A program made the translations under genes and the position numbers. Below are positions 18,202 through 28,145 of a DNA stretch of 64,000 nucleotides, piece by piece. The number at the start of each line of letters is the position of its first letter. The first letter of the stretch is position 1. Source of the DNA: an uncultured virus (IMG/VR IMGVR_UViG_3300031963_000084) (taxonomy: Duplodnaviria > Heunggongvirae > Uroviricota > Caudoviricetes); IMG/VR virus record IMGVR_UViG_3300031963_000084; one strand, 5' to 3'. A model generated the notes under the pieces. It searched no databases. It saw only the letters and a program-made list of their open reading frames with translations, and was not told where the DNA came from.

Positions 18202-18975
18202 ATGTCCGAGTATTTTGATCCCACATTAATTTACCTCAAAAGCATCAATAAGAATGTTGCAAAAACACTTATTGAAAAGAATCATTATACTCACAAATGG
18301 AGTCTATGTACAGTAGCTTATGGAGTTTATTACAAAGAATATATTGAGAGTACATTCTTTGGTGGATTTAACGAAAGATTAATAGGTGTATTGGTATATG
18401 GAAATGCCGTGGGTAGAAACGCCAGTACCAGTATATCACCACTACTTGTTAACAATAATGTGTTAGAATTAACAAGACTGTGGATTGCAGACGGTTACGG
18501 CAAGAATATAGAAAGTTATTGTATAGCTGAAAGTTTTAGATTACTCAATAAAGAACACCCCCACATAAAATGTATTTTAAGTTATGCTGATAGTGAAGTA
18601 GGACATAAAGGTACAATATACCAAGCTACGGGCTTTCTTTTTCAAGGAGACAATTATGTTGATGTAGCACTAATGCCCAACTATAGTGTTAGTTTAGATG
18701 GACCTCCAAATTATAAATGGATACACAGTAGAAGTGTATATGCTAAGTGGAAAACACACAGTGTAGATAAACTTAAAGAACGTATAGGTAGAACATTTTG
18801 GCGTAAACGTGAAAGTGGCAAGTATCGTTATATCAAATTTATTAGCAACAAAATAGAGAACAAGAAACTTGTCAAATCACTAAAACATAAAGTTCTTGAT
18901 TACCCCAAAAATGCTTCATTCAAAGAAGAAGTTCAAGAAATAATTGTACAAAATAATAACCAATTTTTTGAATAA
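18202..18975 (+). CDS. mom: Mom-family (GNAT-fold) DNA adenine modification protein
   Basis: 'IEKNHYTH', 'LELTRLWI', 'KNIESYCI', 'SYADSEVGHKGTIYQATGF'. Confidence 0.8.
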   Translation: MSEYFDPTLIYLKSINKNVAKTLIEKNHYTHKWSLCTVAYGVYYKEYIESTFFGGFNERLIGVLVYGNAVGRNASTSISPLLVNNNVLELTRLWIADGYGKNIESYCIAESFRLLNKEHPHIKCILSYADSEVGHKGTIYQATGFLFQGDNYVDVALMPNYSVSLDGPPNYKWIHSRSVYAKWKTHSVDKLKERIGRTFWRKRESGKYRYIKFISNKIENKKLVKSLKHKVLDYPKNASFKEEVQEIIVQNNNQFFE

Positions 18976-19002
18976 AAAACCCCAACTTTCGTTGGGGTTT
19001 TT
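18974..19002. terminator. Bidirectional intrinsic terminator between the convergent mom-like and capsid genes
   Basis: AAAAAACCCCAAC-TTTC-GTTGGGGTTTTT; GAAA tetraloop on the minus strand and T-tracts in both directions. Confidence 0.9.
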
Positions 19003-19026
19003 GAGTTATTTTATTTCTACTAAGTA

Positions 19027-20853
19027 TTATACGGTATCGAGATCACCGATTAATACTTTTCCATAGAACTCTGGGCGCACTACCTTCTTAGCGTAGCGGG
19101 TCATTACGCCTCTACGTGGTGTGAAGTTCACTGGATCATAGACCAATGGAGTTTGGATTAGTGGGATATAAGGAGCATATACAGCACCGGTTTCTAGGAA
19201 GTTGTTTCCGCGGAAACCAACCAATACTACGTTATCGGTCATGTATGGGTTCTTGTAAACTTGGAAGCGACTTGCGAAGCTACCAACACGGCTTACGCCC
19301 ATTGCGAACTTAGCTTGATCGCCGTCAGTGTTTACAACATATCCTGGGATTGATTCCAAGATTGTTGCTACGTCTGGACTTACGACCAAGAAGTTAGCAC
19401 CACCACGGAGGGTCAATTTTTGGATTGTGTTAGACACCTTTTGAATCTTGTTACCAAGAGTTTGGAACCAGGTGCTCTTTACGTAAGCAGTACGGTTTGG
19501 TGAACTGTTTGCATTACGTGTGAAGACTGCTTCACCGGTTGTTGCGTTGATTGACTTGCTGAACTCAACGCCGATTTGGGCGGACCAAGCTTCGGTTGTG
19601 ATACCTTGAACGGATTCGTTCAACATATCTAGGATTTCAAGATCAATTTCCATACTTACATATTCACTCAATAGAGCAGTAAGTTCTGCTTCTGCATCGA
19701 TAGAGTGGTAAGCATTCAAGTCTTGAGCCAATTCTGGGGTCCAGACTGCCTTTAGTTTACGAGTTTTAGCAACGATAGGTTCGCTGTTTAGTACCAAGTT
19801 AACTTCTGGGATACTGATATCGGTATCAATGCTTTGTGTAGCAACGTTACCGGCCGTACCGGATCCTTCACCGGCAGTCTTGCCAGCTTCAAAATCACCA
19901 CGTAGGTTGTCGGTAGGTTGTAGACTATAGATCAATTTAACCTTGCTTGACGCACCGCCAAATGCACTGTTAGATGCTGATACGATATATACGGTTTGAT
20001 AGAATGGATCTCCCAAACTGCCTGTATTGATTGCCTTAGTGTATGTATTCAATACGAGACCACTACTTTGTAAGGTAGTTGGTGTAGTTGATCCTGAGAT
20101 TAAATTGAATGAACGAGCTGCGTTTAAATCTGCATTATATACATATCCATTAGCAGCAATACCGGAAGTATTGTCGTCATGATTCAAGATTACCTTGAAC
20201 AATTTCTTAGCTACTACGGACGAACTCAATTCGCTAGCAAATTGCACGTCATTCCAAGAAGCTGTTTGAATTGTATTACCAGTGGATGTAGTACCTGCTA
20301 CTTTTGTTAGTGTAATAGCAGAGCTACTTACTGGACGAACTGAATAAGCATATGCGCCTTGACCATATAAACCACGAACAGCGTCGTCGGTAGAACCCAA
20401 TTTCTTACCTGTACCACCGAACAAACTATCGTTCAATTGTTTACCGGCACGTGTGGTTTTAGCACTACCGTTATTCAAATTACGTAAGTCGGTACCAGGA
20501 GCGGTTGTACCATACTTGAAGTCTAAATAGAAAATTAGACCTGATGGTAGGTTCATTGGTTGAACGCTTACGAATTCCTTCGCAGCGATCTCAGCGAACA
20601 CACGACGAACCAATGGAAGAGCTACGCCAGCCCATTGTTCAGAACTGGTAGAAGTACCAGTGGTGGTTGCTTCGTCAAGCAATTGTTTTGCTTGGTTTTC
20701 CAAGAGGATAGACATGTGTGCCTTTTCAACACCAGCACAACCTTCTAGTAGGCCTGTCTTTTCCCATTTGTTTTGTAATCCACGGGTTTCAGCCATCAAT
20801 TTGGCTTGTGGATTCATATTATTTGTCAATAGACTCTTTACATCCATACTCAT
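19027..20853 (-). CDS. gp23: Major capsid protein, T4 gp23-like (608 aa, central insertion)
   Basis: 'VSVQPMNLPSGLIFY', 'AKTRKLKAVWTPELAQDLNAYHSIDAEAELTALLS', 'YAPYIPL', 'FTPRRGVMTRY'. Confidence 0.95.
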   Translation of the reverse strand: MSMDVKSLLTNNMNPQAKLMAETRGLQNKWEKTGLLEGCAGVEKAHMSILLENQAKQLLDEATTTGTSTSSEQWAGVALPLVRRVFAEIAAKEFVSVQPMNLPSGLIFYLDFKYGTTAPGTDLRNLNNGSAKTTRAGKQLNDSLFGGTGKKLGSTDDAVRGLYGQGAYAYSVRPVSSSAITLTKVAGTTSTGNTIQTASWNDVQFASELSSSVVAKKLFKVILNHDDNTSGIAANGYVYNADLNAARSFNLISGSTTPTTLQSSGLVLNTYTKAINTGSLGDPFYQTVYIVSASNSAFGGASSKVKLIYSLQPTDNLRGDFEAGKTAGEGSGTAGNVATQSIDTDISIPEVNLVLNSEPIVAKTRKLKAVWTPELAQDLNAYHSIDAEAELTALLSEYVSMEIDLEILDMLNESVQGITTEAWSAQIGVEFSKSINATTGEAVFTRNANSSPNRTAYVKSTWFQTLGNKIQKVSNTIQKLTLRGGANFLVVSPDVATILESIPGYVVNTDGDQAKFAMGVSRVGSFASRFQVYKNPYMTDNVVLVGFRGNNFLETGAVYAPYIPLIQTPLVYDPVNFTPRRGVMTRYAKKVVRPEFYGKVLIGDLDTV

Positions 20854-20906
20854 ATTTTGTTTCTTTCTATATTAATTACTGTTAGGTTTTTACTCGCAAA
20901 CTAATT

Positions 20907-22016
20907 TTACTTCTTGATTCCTGCGAGTTTTTGGAATCTTGAAGTCATCACATCGGCTTGAGGTTCTACAATGGTAGAATCAGGCTTTGTTGATGATACT
21001 GGTTTGCTTGCCAAACCTTCGGTGATAGTTTGAGCAGTTGTATTAGTCTTTTTCTTGACAACTGATGCACCGGAATTAAGTGATTCGGCCAAAACTGTAT
21101 ATGCCAACTTGACTTCACGAATATTCTTGGTCAAGTCGAAAGTGTTAATGATCTTAAGCTTTTGATCTTCGGTTAAACCTTTACCTTTAAATAGTTTATT
21201 GGTATAAAGCAACTTAGCATTCAATAAATTGGTTTCGGCTAGAACACCCTTCATATATTTTACGGTATTCAGTGCTTCACCCAACTGTTTCTTAAGAGTT
21301 TCGTTTTCTTCGTTAATTGCAATTAGTGCTTCTGCCATTTCGTCGGCTGTAACGTCGCCTTCAGCTACAGGAGAGGGTACTTGACCTGGCATCTGAGTTT
21401 GATCTTCAGGAGCGGCAGGTGCTACTGGAGCTGCCGGCACTTGAACTGCTGTAGGATCTGCTGGAGCTGGTGTTGGAGCTGCAGCTGCTGGAGCAGGAGC
21501 TGGCGCGGCTTCTTCACCTTCTAATTCAGCTAGAAGTTCATCCAAACTGATTTCTTCGTCCATTTCACAAGAATCGTCAACTTCTGCTACGTCTGAAGCA
21601 CCTTCTGTATTTTCAGAAACTTCGCTTTCTAATTCTGCTAGAATTTCATCCAACTCTTCACTTGTAACTTCGGCGCCATCTTCTGTTGAAGATTCTTCCA
21701 ATTTTACATCAAATTCTTGTTTACCGGCGGGAGTTGTGTTTTTATTTGCTACAGTAGAAGGTTTTGTGGGATGTTGTTTAGAAGCAAGATTGCTATCATC
21801 TTTGCCGATACCTGAAGATCCCAATTTTTCTTCAATTTTATCTCCTTCGGTTTCTTCGGCGGAATCGTCTTCAGCCATTTCTTCCTTTAGTTTTTCAGCA
21901 AACATTTCTTTTACGCTTGCTGCAAAGTTTTCTTCGAGAAAACTTTTTGCGTTTGCTAGTGCCGTTTCACGTACAGCTTTAGCATCCGCGATACTTTCTT
22001 TTAATAGATCGCTCAT
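20907..22016 (-). CDS. Prohead core/scaffold protein (gp22-like position)
   Basis: Acidic, coiled-coil, Pro/Ala linker, C-terminal 'RFQKLAGI'; directly upstream of the capsid gene. Confidence 0.7.
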   Translation of the reverse strand: MSDLLKESIADAKAVRETALANAKSFLEENFAASVKEMFAEKLKEEMAEDDSAEETEGDKIEEKLGSSGIGKDDSNLASKQHPTKPSTVANKNTTPAGKQEFDVKLEESSTEDGAEVTSEELDEILAELESEVSENTEGASDVAEVDDSCEMDEEISLDELLAELEGEEAAPAPAPAAAAPTPAPADPTAVQVPAAPVAPAAPEDQTQMPGQVPSPVAEGDVTADEMAEALIAINEENETLKKQLGEALNTVKYMKGVLAETNLLNAKLLYTNKLFKGKGLTEDQKLKIINTFDLTKNIREVKLAYTVLAESLNSGASVVKKKTNTTAQTITEGLASKPVSSTKPDSTIVEPQADVMTSRFQKLAGIKK

Positions 22017-22170
22017 ATTATATTACTGCCTTTCTTATTGTTATGTGTTTGTGAAGTTATTAAGAACTCCAAAGAAGATAAATTTAAGTCACATCAAAGA
22101 ATGATGTATTTGATTAATAAATATATAATAAAAATCAAAATATAATAAAAAAGTTTATATTTATTGATAT

Positions 22171-22764
22171 ATGCCTGCAAAAAGTCAAAAACAAGCAAAT
22201 CTATTTAAATTGGTGAGAGCCATACAAAAAGGTAATGTTAATAACAATGATGTATCTTCTAACGTTCGTAAAATGGCACGTACCATTAAACCCAGTAGCG
22301 TTAAACATTTTACTAAATTAAAAGAAATTTTAAATCAAATAAAAGAAAATGAATATAGTTTAAGTAAAGTAAAAAGAGTAAAGGGAGTAAGTTTCAAACA
22401 ACATTTATCAAAACAAGTTGGTGTACCGTTTGATGAAAAGGAATATGAAATGTTTCAGGGTAAACAAACTGGATTTTCTGGATTTGGAAAAACAACTTTT
22501 AAAATAGATAAACAAAATAACGAAATTTATACTGAAGTAAGCAGTAATGGTACTAACAAAAAATTTGTATTTAAAAAATTAATTGATAAAAATGATGGTA
22601 CATACAAATATGCTTGTTTTATTCAAAGAACTTTTCCTGACAAAACGGAAAAAGAAATATTAGACTTGTTAAGTAGTAGTTTTGATGATCGTAACATTTC
22701 TGAAAAAACAAAAACTCTTACTGATTTTATTGATAGAATTAACACAACTTTCGGATCCATTTAA
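22171..22764 (+). CDS. Hypothetical basic protein (MPAKSQKQ N-terminus, DUF3008-like)
   Basis: 197-aa ORF with TATTTATT 5 nt before the ATG. Confidence 0.65.
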   Translation: MPAKSQKQANLFKLVRAIQKGNVNNNDVSSNVRKMARTIKPSSVKHFTKLKEILNQIKENEYSLSKVKRVKGVSFKQHLSKQVGVPFDEKEYEMFQGKQTGFSGFGKTTFKIDKQNNEIYTEVSSNGTNKKFVFKKLIDKNDGTYKYACFIQRTFPDKTEKEILDLLSSSFDDRNISEKTKTLTDFIDRINTTFGSI

Positions 22765-22765
22765 T

Positions 22766-23239
22766 ATGCCATACAATTTCAATCCAAACTTTAATAAACA
22801 TATAAATAATAAAAAGGAATCTTATAAAAATATTAAAAGAACCGGAGAAGAAAACCCTTATTCTAATCCCGACGTGCGTTCAATGAATAATAATTATAAC
22901 AATTATAAAAGTCCTAAACTAATTAATTTTATTAATAATGATAATTTTGAAGAAGATGTAAAAATTTATAAACTAGAAGATATTGACCACCCAAATGGAT
23001 GGGATTTTAAAGAATTGGATATGTTGGGAGAAATGAATTTTCGTATTGATGATGAATACAAAATGTTTAGTGAAATTGAAATTCCATCAATAAAAATGGA
23101 AAATGAAAAAACAAAAGCCTTCGTCTATAAAACTGACGAAGGCTATGTATTAGAAACAAATAGAAAATACGTTTTTGAAACGTTTAATAAAATGATTGAA
23201 TTTATTGATTCAATTCCGATGAATCAGTTAAAGACTTAG
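22766..23239 (+). CDS. Hypothetical protein (157 aa; start re-called to MPYNFNP)
   Basis: ATG 1 nt after the previous stop; the ORF-track start at 22682 would overlap the upstream gene. Confidence 0.6.
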   Translation: MPYNFNPNFNKHINNKKESYKNIKRTGEENPYSNPDVRSMNNNYNNYKSPKLINFINNDNFEEDVKIYKLEDIDHPNGWDFKELDMLGEMNFRIDDEYKMFSEIEIPSIKMENEKTKAFVYKTDEGYVLETNRKYVFETFNKMIEFIDSIPMNQLKT

Positions 23240-23627
23240 TGTCGGTTGTCGGAGTGATATCCGCAATTTCAAAATATCTTTCCAAACGACGACCAACTTC
23301 TTCATACAACATTTCTAGTTGTTTTTCAATGGATTTCATTTTTTGTGCTTCTTCGTACATTTTAGCGGCATCACGTTTGATTTCTTTCATGTCACGTTCC
23401 ACCATCTTAGCTTCCATCCAATCGCCACATTCTTTTAAAGCATAACGTTCGGCCAAGTTAACGGCCTCCATTATTTTTTGAGCGGTAGCATATACTCCCT
23501 CAGCTTTTAATCCTTTGCGATATTGATTATAAGCCTTGATAGTTTCAACCATATTTTTCTTTTCATATACGGTAAGTGGAGTATATGCGTGTTCAGTCGA
23601 ATTTTCTAGTAAATGTTTTAATTTCAT
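23202..23627 (-). CDS. Hypothetical helical head-module protein (MKLKHLLE leader)
   Basis: 141 aa, TATTTATA 4 nt upstream, downstream of the protease gene. Confidence 0.7.
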   Translation of the reverse strand: MKLKHLLENSTEHAYTPLTVYEKKNMVETIKAYNQYRKGLKAEGVYATAQKIMEAVNLAERYALKECGDWMEAKMVERDMKEIKRDAAKMYEEAQKMKSIEKQLEMLYEEVGRRLERYFEIADITPTTDTKSLTDSSELNQ

Positions 23628-23639
23628 ACTTTATAAATA

Positions 23640-24245
23640 TTATAGTTCTGATAGAATGTTGTGGATAATTCTTTCAACGTTACTATAAGGATTAATAATT
23701 GTTTTTGATTGATCGACACTTTCATTTATTTTTCCTTGTGGATACATAAACGCTCCTTGTGTACTTGGATTGCTAACAAAATCAAACGCTATTAAATCAA
23801 AATCGTCTTGTACAACATCTGCGTTTTCTCTCATATCTTTTTTAACAGATCCCAGTCCCCGGCTACTAATTCCCAACAAAATACCAGCCTTAAGAAGATC
23901 TTTCAAAATATTACCACTTGGAGTTGGTAAAATTTCAACCGTACCCATCAAATCTTTACCGTCCCATCCCATGTCAATAATATTATGACTAACGTTTTTC
24001 AAATTTACAACGGAAGATTCGGGGTGGTCTAATTCACCCATGGCACGACGTTGTTTTACGAAATTGTCCATGTATTTCTCCGATTCTCTTTTTAAAATTT
24101 CGGATGGATATACTCTACCATTTTGATTTTTTGCATCAGCACGTTGAAGAACGCCTGTCACTACCATTTTTCCATCTGAATAAGATTCATTCAATGACGA
24201 TTTTTTAAACTCAAATGGTAATACGTCTATTAATACTTGTTTCAT
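23640..24245 (-). CDS. gp21: Prohead core protease, T4 gp21-like
   Basis: 'NQNGRVYP', 'GELDHP', 'VSH', 'GISSRGLGS', 'FDFVSNPS'. Confidence 0.95.
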   Translation of the reverse strand: MKQVLIDVLPFEFKKSSLNESYSDGKMVVTGVLQRADAKNQNGRVYPSEILKRESEKYMDNFVKQRRAMGELDHPESSVVNLKNVSHNIIDMGWDGKDLMGTVEILPTPSGNILKDLLKAGILLGISSRGLGSVKKDMRENADVVQDDFDLIAFDFVSNPSTQGAFMYPQGKINESVDQSKTIINPYSNVERIIHNILSEL

Positions 24246-24246
24246 A

Positions 24247-25266
24247 TTATACTTTTACTTGTGTAGGAGATTGTTGTTGATTCTTAGAAGAAGTTTCGTC
24301 TGGTGTTTTTGAAGCTTCTTCTTCATCGGAAGTCACCGTATTTGTTGGTGTAGCCGATTGTTGTGGACTTACCAATGCCTGAGACTTAGCTACCTGATAT
24401 TTATCTTTAGGTTTAAGCTCCGCTGTGCCTAATATTTTTATTGAAAATCCGGGTTTAATGAAAAACTTAGCAACCTTTTGTTTATTTTCTTCACGTCCTA
24501 TTATAATAATAACATATCTATCATAGTAGTAATCTATTGCTACACCTGTAACATTTATTGTATAATCTGTTTCTGGTTGCTTATATCCTTTGCTAGCTCT
24601 TACCACTATTTTTTTACCCAAAATTTTATCTTGAATAGTTTTTTGTAAATTGTTTTTTAAAGATTCTGTGCTACTTTTTAATTTGGTATCAAACGACGTG
24701 AAATCTGGTAAAACATCATAATTTTTAATATTAACCGACGGTTGAACAGCCGATTGTGTGGGTGGTGTAACAGATTGTTGTTTGAGTGGTTGAACTGAAT
24801 TGGTTGGTAAAGACTGTTTAACGTTTTGTTGTAAAGGTTTTTGTCCTTCTTGTTCGTATTTCAATCCATTAAAACCTTCGGTTACAGGCAGATTGCCTTG
24901 TTTATATCCTATTAAATTTGGATCAATGTTGGGATCGTTGTGTTGCACCAATCCATTCTTGTCAAAATATGTATTGGTTGGTTCTATATTAAAAGATGGT
25001 GTTGTATATGAAGGTTGACTATAAACTTGATTTTCTAATTTAAAATTTGGACTCTTTTTAATATTTTTTGCTAATTTATAACCCAATTGATTATAAGTTG
25101 AAGGACGAGTGCCTCTTTTTGAAAATGCAAATGGCGTTCTAGCAGCATCTCCTCCTACCGCAACAGGACCCGATGCTACAGGAGCCGTACCAGTCATACT
25201 AGCTTCGTTTTTAACTTTTAACTTATGTAAAAGTTCTTTAATTTTCTTTTTTAGATGTACCTTCAT
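24247..25266 (-). CDS. Hypothetical head-module protein (339 aa)
   Basis: Long ORF between the portal-proximal gene and the protease; 'NEASMTG...TPFAF' N-terminal region. Confidence 0.65.
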   Translation of the reverse strand: MKVHLKKKIKELLHKLKVKNEASMTGTAPVASGPVAVGGDAARTPFAFSKRGTRPSTYNQLGYKLAKNIKKSPNFKLENQVYSQPSYTTPSFNIEPTNTYFDKNGLVQHNDPNIDPNLIGYKQGNLPVTEGFNGLKYEQEGQKPLQQNVKQSLPTNSVQPLKQQSVTPPTQSAVQPSVNIKNYDVLPDFTSFDTKLKSSTESLKNNLQKTIQDKILGKKIVVRASKGYKQPETDYTINVTGVAIDYYYDRYVIIIIGREENKQKVAKFFIKPGFSIKILGTAELKPKDKYQVAKSQALVSPQQSATPTNTVTSDEEEASKTPDETSSKNQQQSPTQVKV

Positions 25267-26122
25267 TCTTTAACTTTTCAAGTTCTTCAACTAATTCGTA
25301 TGCATTCAACAATGAAGTTAACTGATTTTCTTTTACCACACCCGCAACGTTTTTATTTGAAAACTGATTAACAACTTCTGTTATTTTAATTTTAACCACA
25401 TCGGAATTTACAGTTTGTAAATTTTCTTTCAATAAAATGCTTATTCTTTTATACTCTTCATTTACAAATTTAGTAAATTTACTTGAATTACTAATATTTG
25501 TAATGTATTCTTTAAGTAGTTTCTTTTGTGAAGGTAACAAATTACTATACTTAGTGTTAAAATTTTCAATCAAGAATTTATATGCTAACAATCTTACTTC
25601 TGCACTCTGACTTCCATAAACATCCAAACTTTCTTCACTATTCTTTTTTTCTTTAGTTAAATTTTCAACGATATATTCTCTGGACTCGACTAACTCTTTT
25701 ATATCAAACTTAACTTCACATTCTACTTGATTTTCAAATAGTTTATAAATAGAAGCGTATAATTTATAATTGGGAATCTTGTTCTTCAAAAATTCATCAA
25801 TATTGTACTTTTCTTTTATTTCTTTGATTACGTTATATTTTTGTTTGTTCAATTCACGTTCATCTAATTTTGAACGTGTTTGTAAAACAACATTTAAAAT
25901 ACGATCTGCGGATGTGGTATCTTTGCTGGTTTGATGCAAAACAAAATTGTATAACTGTGCTTCTTTACCAAGCTCTTTACTTTCGTGAAAGTATTTAAAC
26001 ATTAAATTTTTAGTAAATGATTCATCTCTACCCGCCAAAATATCTGCAGTAATTTGACGCGTAAGAAGTTCAAACAATATTCCAGCATTCTTAAATTTTG
26101 AATGTTTTGCTTTCTTATGCAT
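25238..26122 (-). CDS. Hypothetical helical head-module protein (294 aa)
   Basis: 'KHSKFKNAGILFELL'; downstream of the portal gene with an upstream TATTTATA. Confidence 0.7.
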   Translation of the reverse strand: MHKKAKHSKFKNAGILFELLTRQITADILAGRDESFTKNLMFKYFHESKELGKEAQLYNFVLHQTSKDTTSADRILNVVLQTRSKLDERELNKQKYNVIKEIKEKYNIDEFLKNKIPNYKLYASIYKLFENQVECEVKFDIKELVESREYIVENLTKEKKNSEESLDVYGSQSAEVRLLAYKFLIENFNTKYSNLLPSQKKLLKEYITNISNSSKFTKFVNEEYKRISILLKENLQTVNSDVVKIKITEVVNQFSNKNVAGVVKENQLTSLLNAYELVEELEKLKNEGTSKKEN

Positions 26123-26178
26123 AATATTAATATTATTTATAAATATATAAGAACTATTTAAATATATAGTATTTGTAT

Positions 26179-28122
26179 TTATTCTTTTATATTTCTTTCA
26201 TCCATAAAGGATTTTTCGTTTCCCTCTCTTAAAATTTGTTTTTCTTGATCAACTGTATTTAACATATCATTAAGTCCTGACAACGATTCCAATGATAATG
26301 GAGATTTGTTTTTATATTTGTGTGTTACTGATAGATCACTTCGTCTGTTATTTTCTAGCGTACCCAAGGGATCCTCTCCAAACCGATATTTACGAGCATC
26401 TTTTCTACCACTTTGATCTCTTTCGGACAATTTTGGAGGAGTTGACCCCGCAGCTCCAGTTGGTTCTTTAGATGGTTCTTTAGATGGTTCTTTAGTTGGT
26501 TCTTTTTGGGGTTCTTCTTTTTTATTACCTGATAGTTCTGAATTTATATCGGAATCTCCTGTGGGTAATCCACTGTCAGAGGGAGGTTCATCTCCTCCAC
26601 CTTCTCCATCCGTTTTTTCTTCACTTGATTGCAAAAACTTAATCGCCGGATCATTACCTTCGTCTTCAATTTGCTTAAATCTATAAGTACCTTTAGCATC
26701 ATCGACTAATTGTTTTTGTAACTCTATCATGTTTTGATCACTTAAACCAAACACGTTTTCATAAATCCACTTTTTGCTAAAAAACTTATTTTCTTGCATG
26801 TCTTTAGATACTTCAACTTTACTCTTCCAAACATCTATTTTTTCTTTTTCAAAAATAGTAGATGGATTGGTCAACTCTAACGTAAAATCAACAAGTGATT
26901 CATCGCGATATCCTTGACTGTATAAATGAATTAAGGCAATCTTATTTAATTCACTTACAATAATTCTCTGTATACGTTGAATCGTTCTAGCAAAACGAAT
27001 ATCTTCAGCCGCTAACGTAGCTTTACCACTTAAACTTTCATCGTATCCTAAAAATGCTTTTGGAATCTTAAGTGCGGCCATCATCTTATTGCGAAGATAT
27101 TCAATATCGTCTGTACCTGTCCACTCCAATCCGGGCAAATTATCAATGCTTGTACCACTATCACTACCACGAACTGGCAAGAAGAAATCTTCAACCATGT
27201 TTTGTAAATTGAAACGTAAATTGTAATCGCCTGTTTGTTGATCTACATATGGAACCTTTTTCATCTGAGTCATAATTCGTTCCATATGATTGTCAACTTC
27301 ATTTGGAGGAATATTGCCGATATCAACTTTGAAGATACGTTTTTCAGGAGCACGCATGATACGATGAATTAACATTGCATCTTCCATCAAACTCAATTGT
27401 TTCCAAACCCGACGAGCACCTTCCAACATACTCTTACCGTATGGCAAGAAGTTACTATCACTTAATAATCTAAAATGTGCAATTTGATAATTTTCAAGAT
27501 CTTCCATTTTATTGCCATATGGAAGATTAACTTGAAATTTTACAAAATTTTTGTTTTGCAAATGTGCATTTTCAACTCGGGTGACATAATAAGTGCTTAA
27601 CGGTTCAACCATATATACACCGTATTCCGGACTAATATGTAAACGAAGATAAAAATCTCCATATTTAACCATACACCGAGTCCAACTCCATAGATTAAAT
27701 TCAATATTTAGAATATCATAAAATAAGTTATGAAGTATGTTTTTAATTTCATCATTACTGGATTTAATTTGTAAAATTTCCCCCATTTCATCTCGCGTGG
27801 TACATTCATCGGCATAGATATCCAAAGCAGATGCTAGAATTGGATCCATGTCCATCGTATCATAGTCACGAAATAGTTCTACACGACTGCTTTGATATGA
27901 TAGATTGAAATCTCTGGTATATTGATTATATGAAGTAGTACGTAATCTATTAAAACGATCTCTTAAACTATTACGATCCGTGGCATATTGAATTTCATCG
28001 GTATCAACTACCTTTAACTTTTTACCGCCAATGTTTCTAACAATTACATCGTTTGAAAACAAACGTTTCAAACGTGCAAACAATGAACGATTTCTTAATT
28101 CCTGAAATGATTGATCAGCCAT
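26179..28122 (-). CDS. gp20: Portal protein, T4 gp20-like
   Basis: 'LMEDAMLIHRIMRAPEKRIFKVDIGNIP', 'EDFFLPVRG', 'IDNLPG', 'DDIEYL..KMMAALKIP'. Confidence 0.95.
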   Translation of the reverse strand: MADQSFQELRNRSLFARLKRLFSNDVIVRNIGGKKLKVVDTDEIQYATDRNSLRDRFNRLRTTSYNQYTRDFNLSYQSSRVELFRDYDTMDMDPILASALDIYADECTTRDEMGEILQIKSSNDEIKNILHNLFYDILNIEFNLWSWTRCMVKYGDFYLRLHISPEYGVYMVEPLSTYYVTRVENAHLQNKNFVKFQVNLPYGNKMEDLENYQIAHFRLLSDSNFLPYGKSMLEGARRVWKQLSLMEDAMLIHRIMRAPEKRIFKVDIGNIPPNEVDNHMERIMTQMKKVPYVDQQTGDYNLRFNLQNMVEDFFLPVRGSDSGTSIDNLPGLEWTGTDDIEYLRNKMMAALKIPKAFLGYDESLSGKATLAAEDIRFARTIQRIQRIIVSELNKIALIHLYSQGYRDESLVDFTLELTNPSTIFEKEKIDVWKSKVEVSKDMQENKFFSKKWIYENVFGLSDQNMIELQKQLVDDAKGTYRFKQIEDEGNDPAIKFLQSSEEKTDGEGGGDEPPSDSGLPTGDSDINSELSGNKKEEPQKEPTKEPSKEPSKEPTGAAGSTPPKLSERDQSGRKDARKYRFGEDPLGTLENNRRSDLSVTHKYKNKSPLSLESLSGLNDMLNTVDQEKQILREGNEKSFMDERNIKE

Positions 28123-28145
28123 ATATTATTCTATTATATAAGTAT

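Noticed and set aside
26455..26515. 12-bp tandem repeat (KEPT/KEPS) in the portal gene
   Set aside because: Low-complexity linker in a disordered C-terminal tail; no sign of a separate function.
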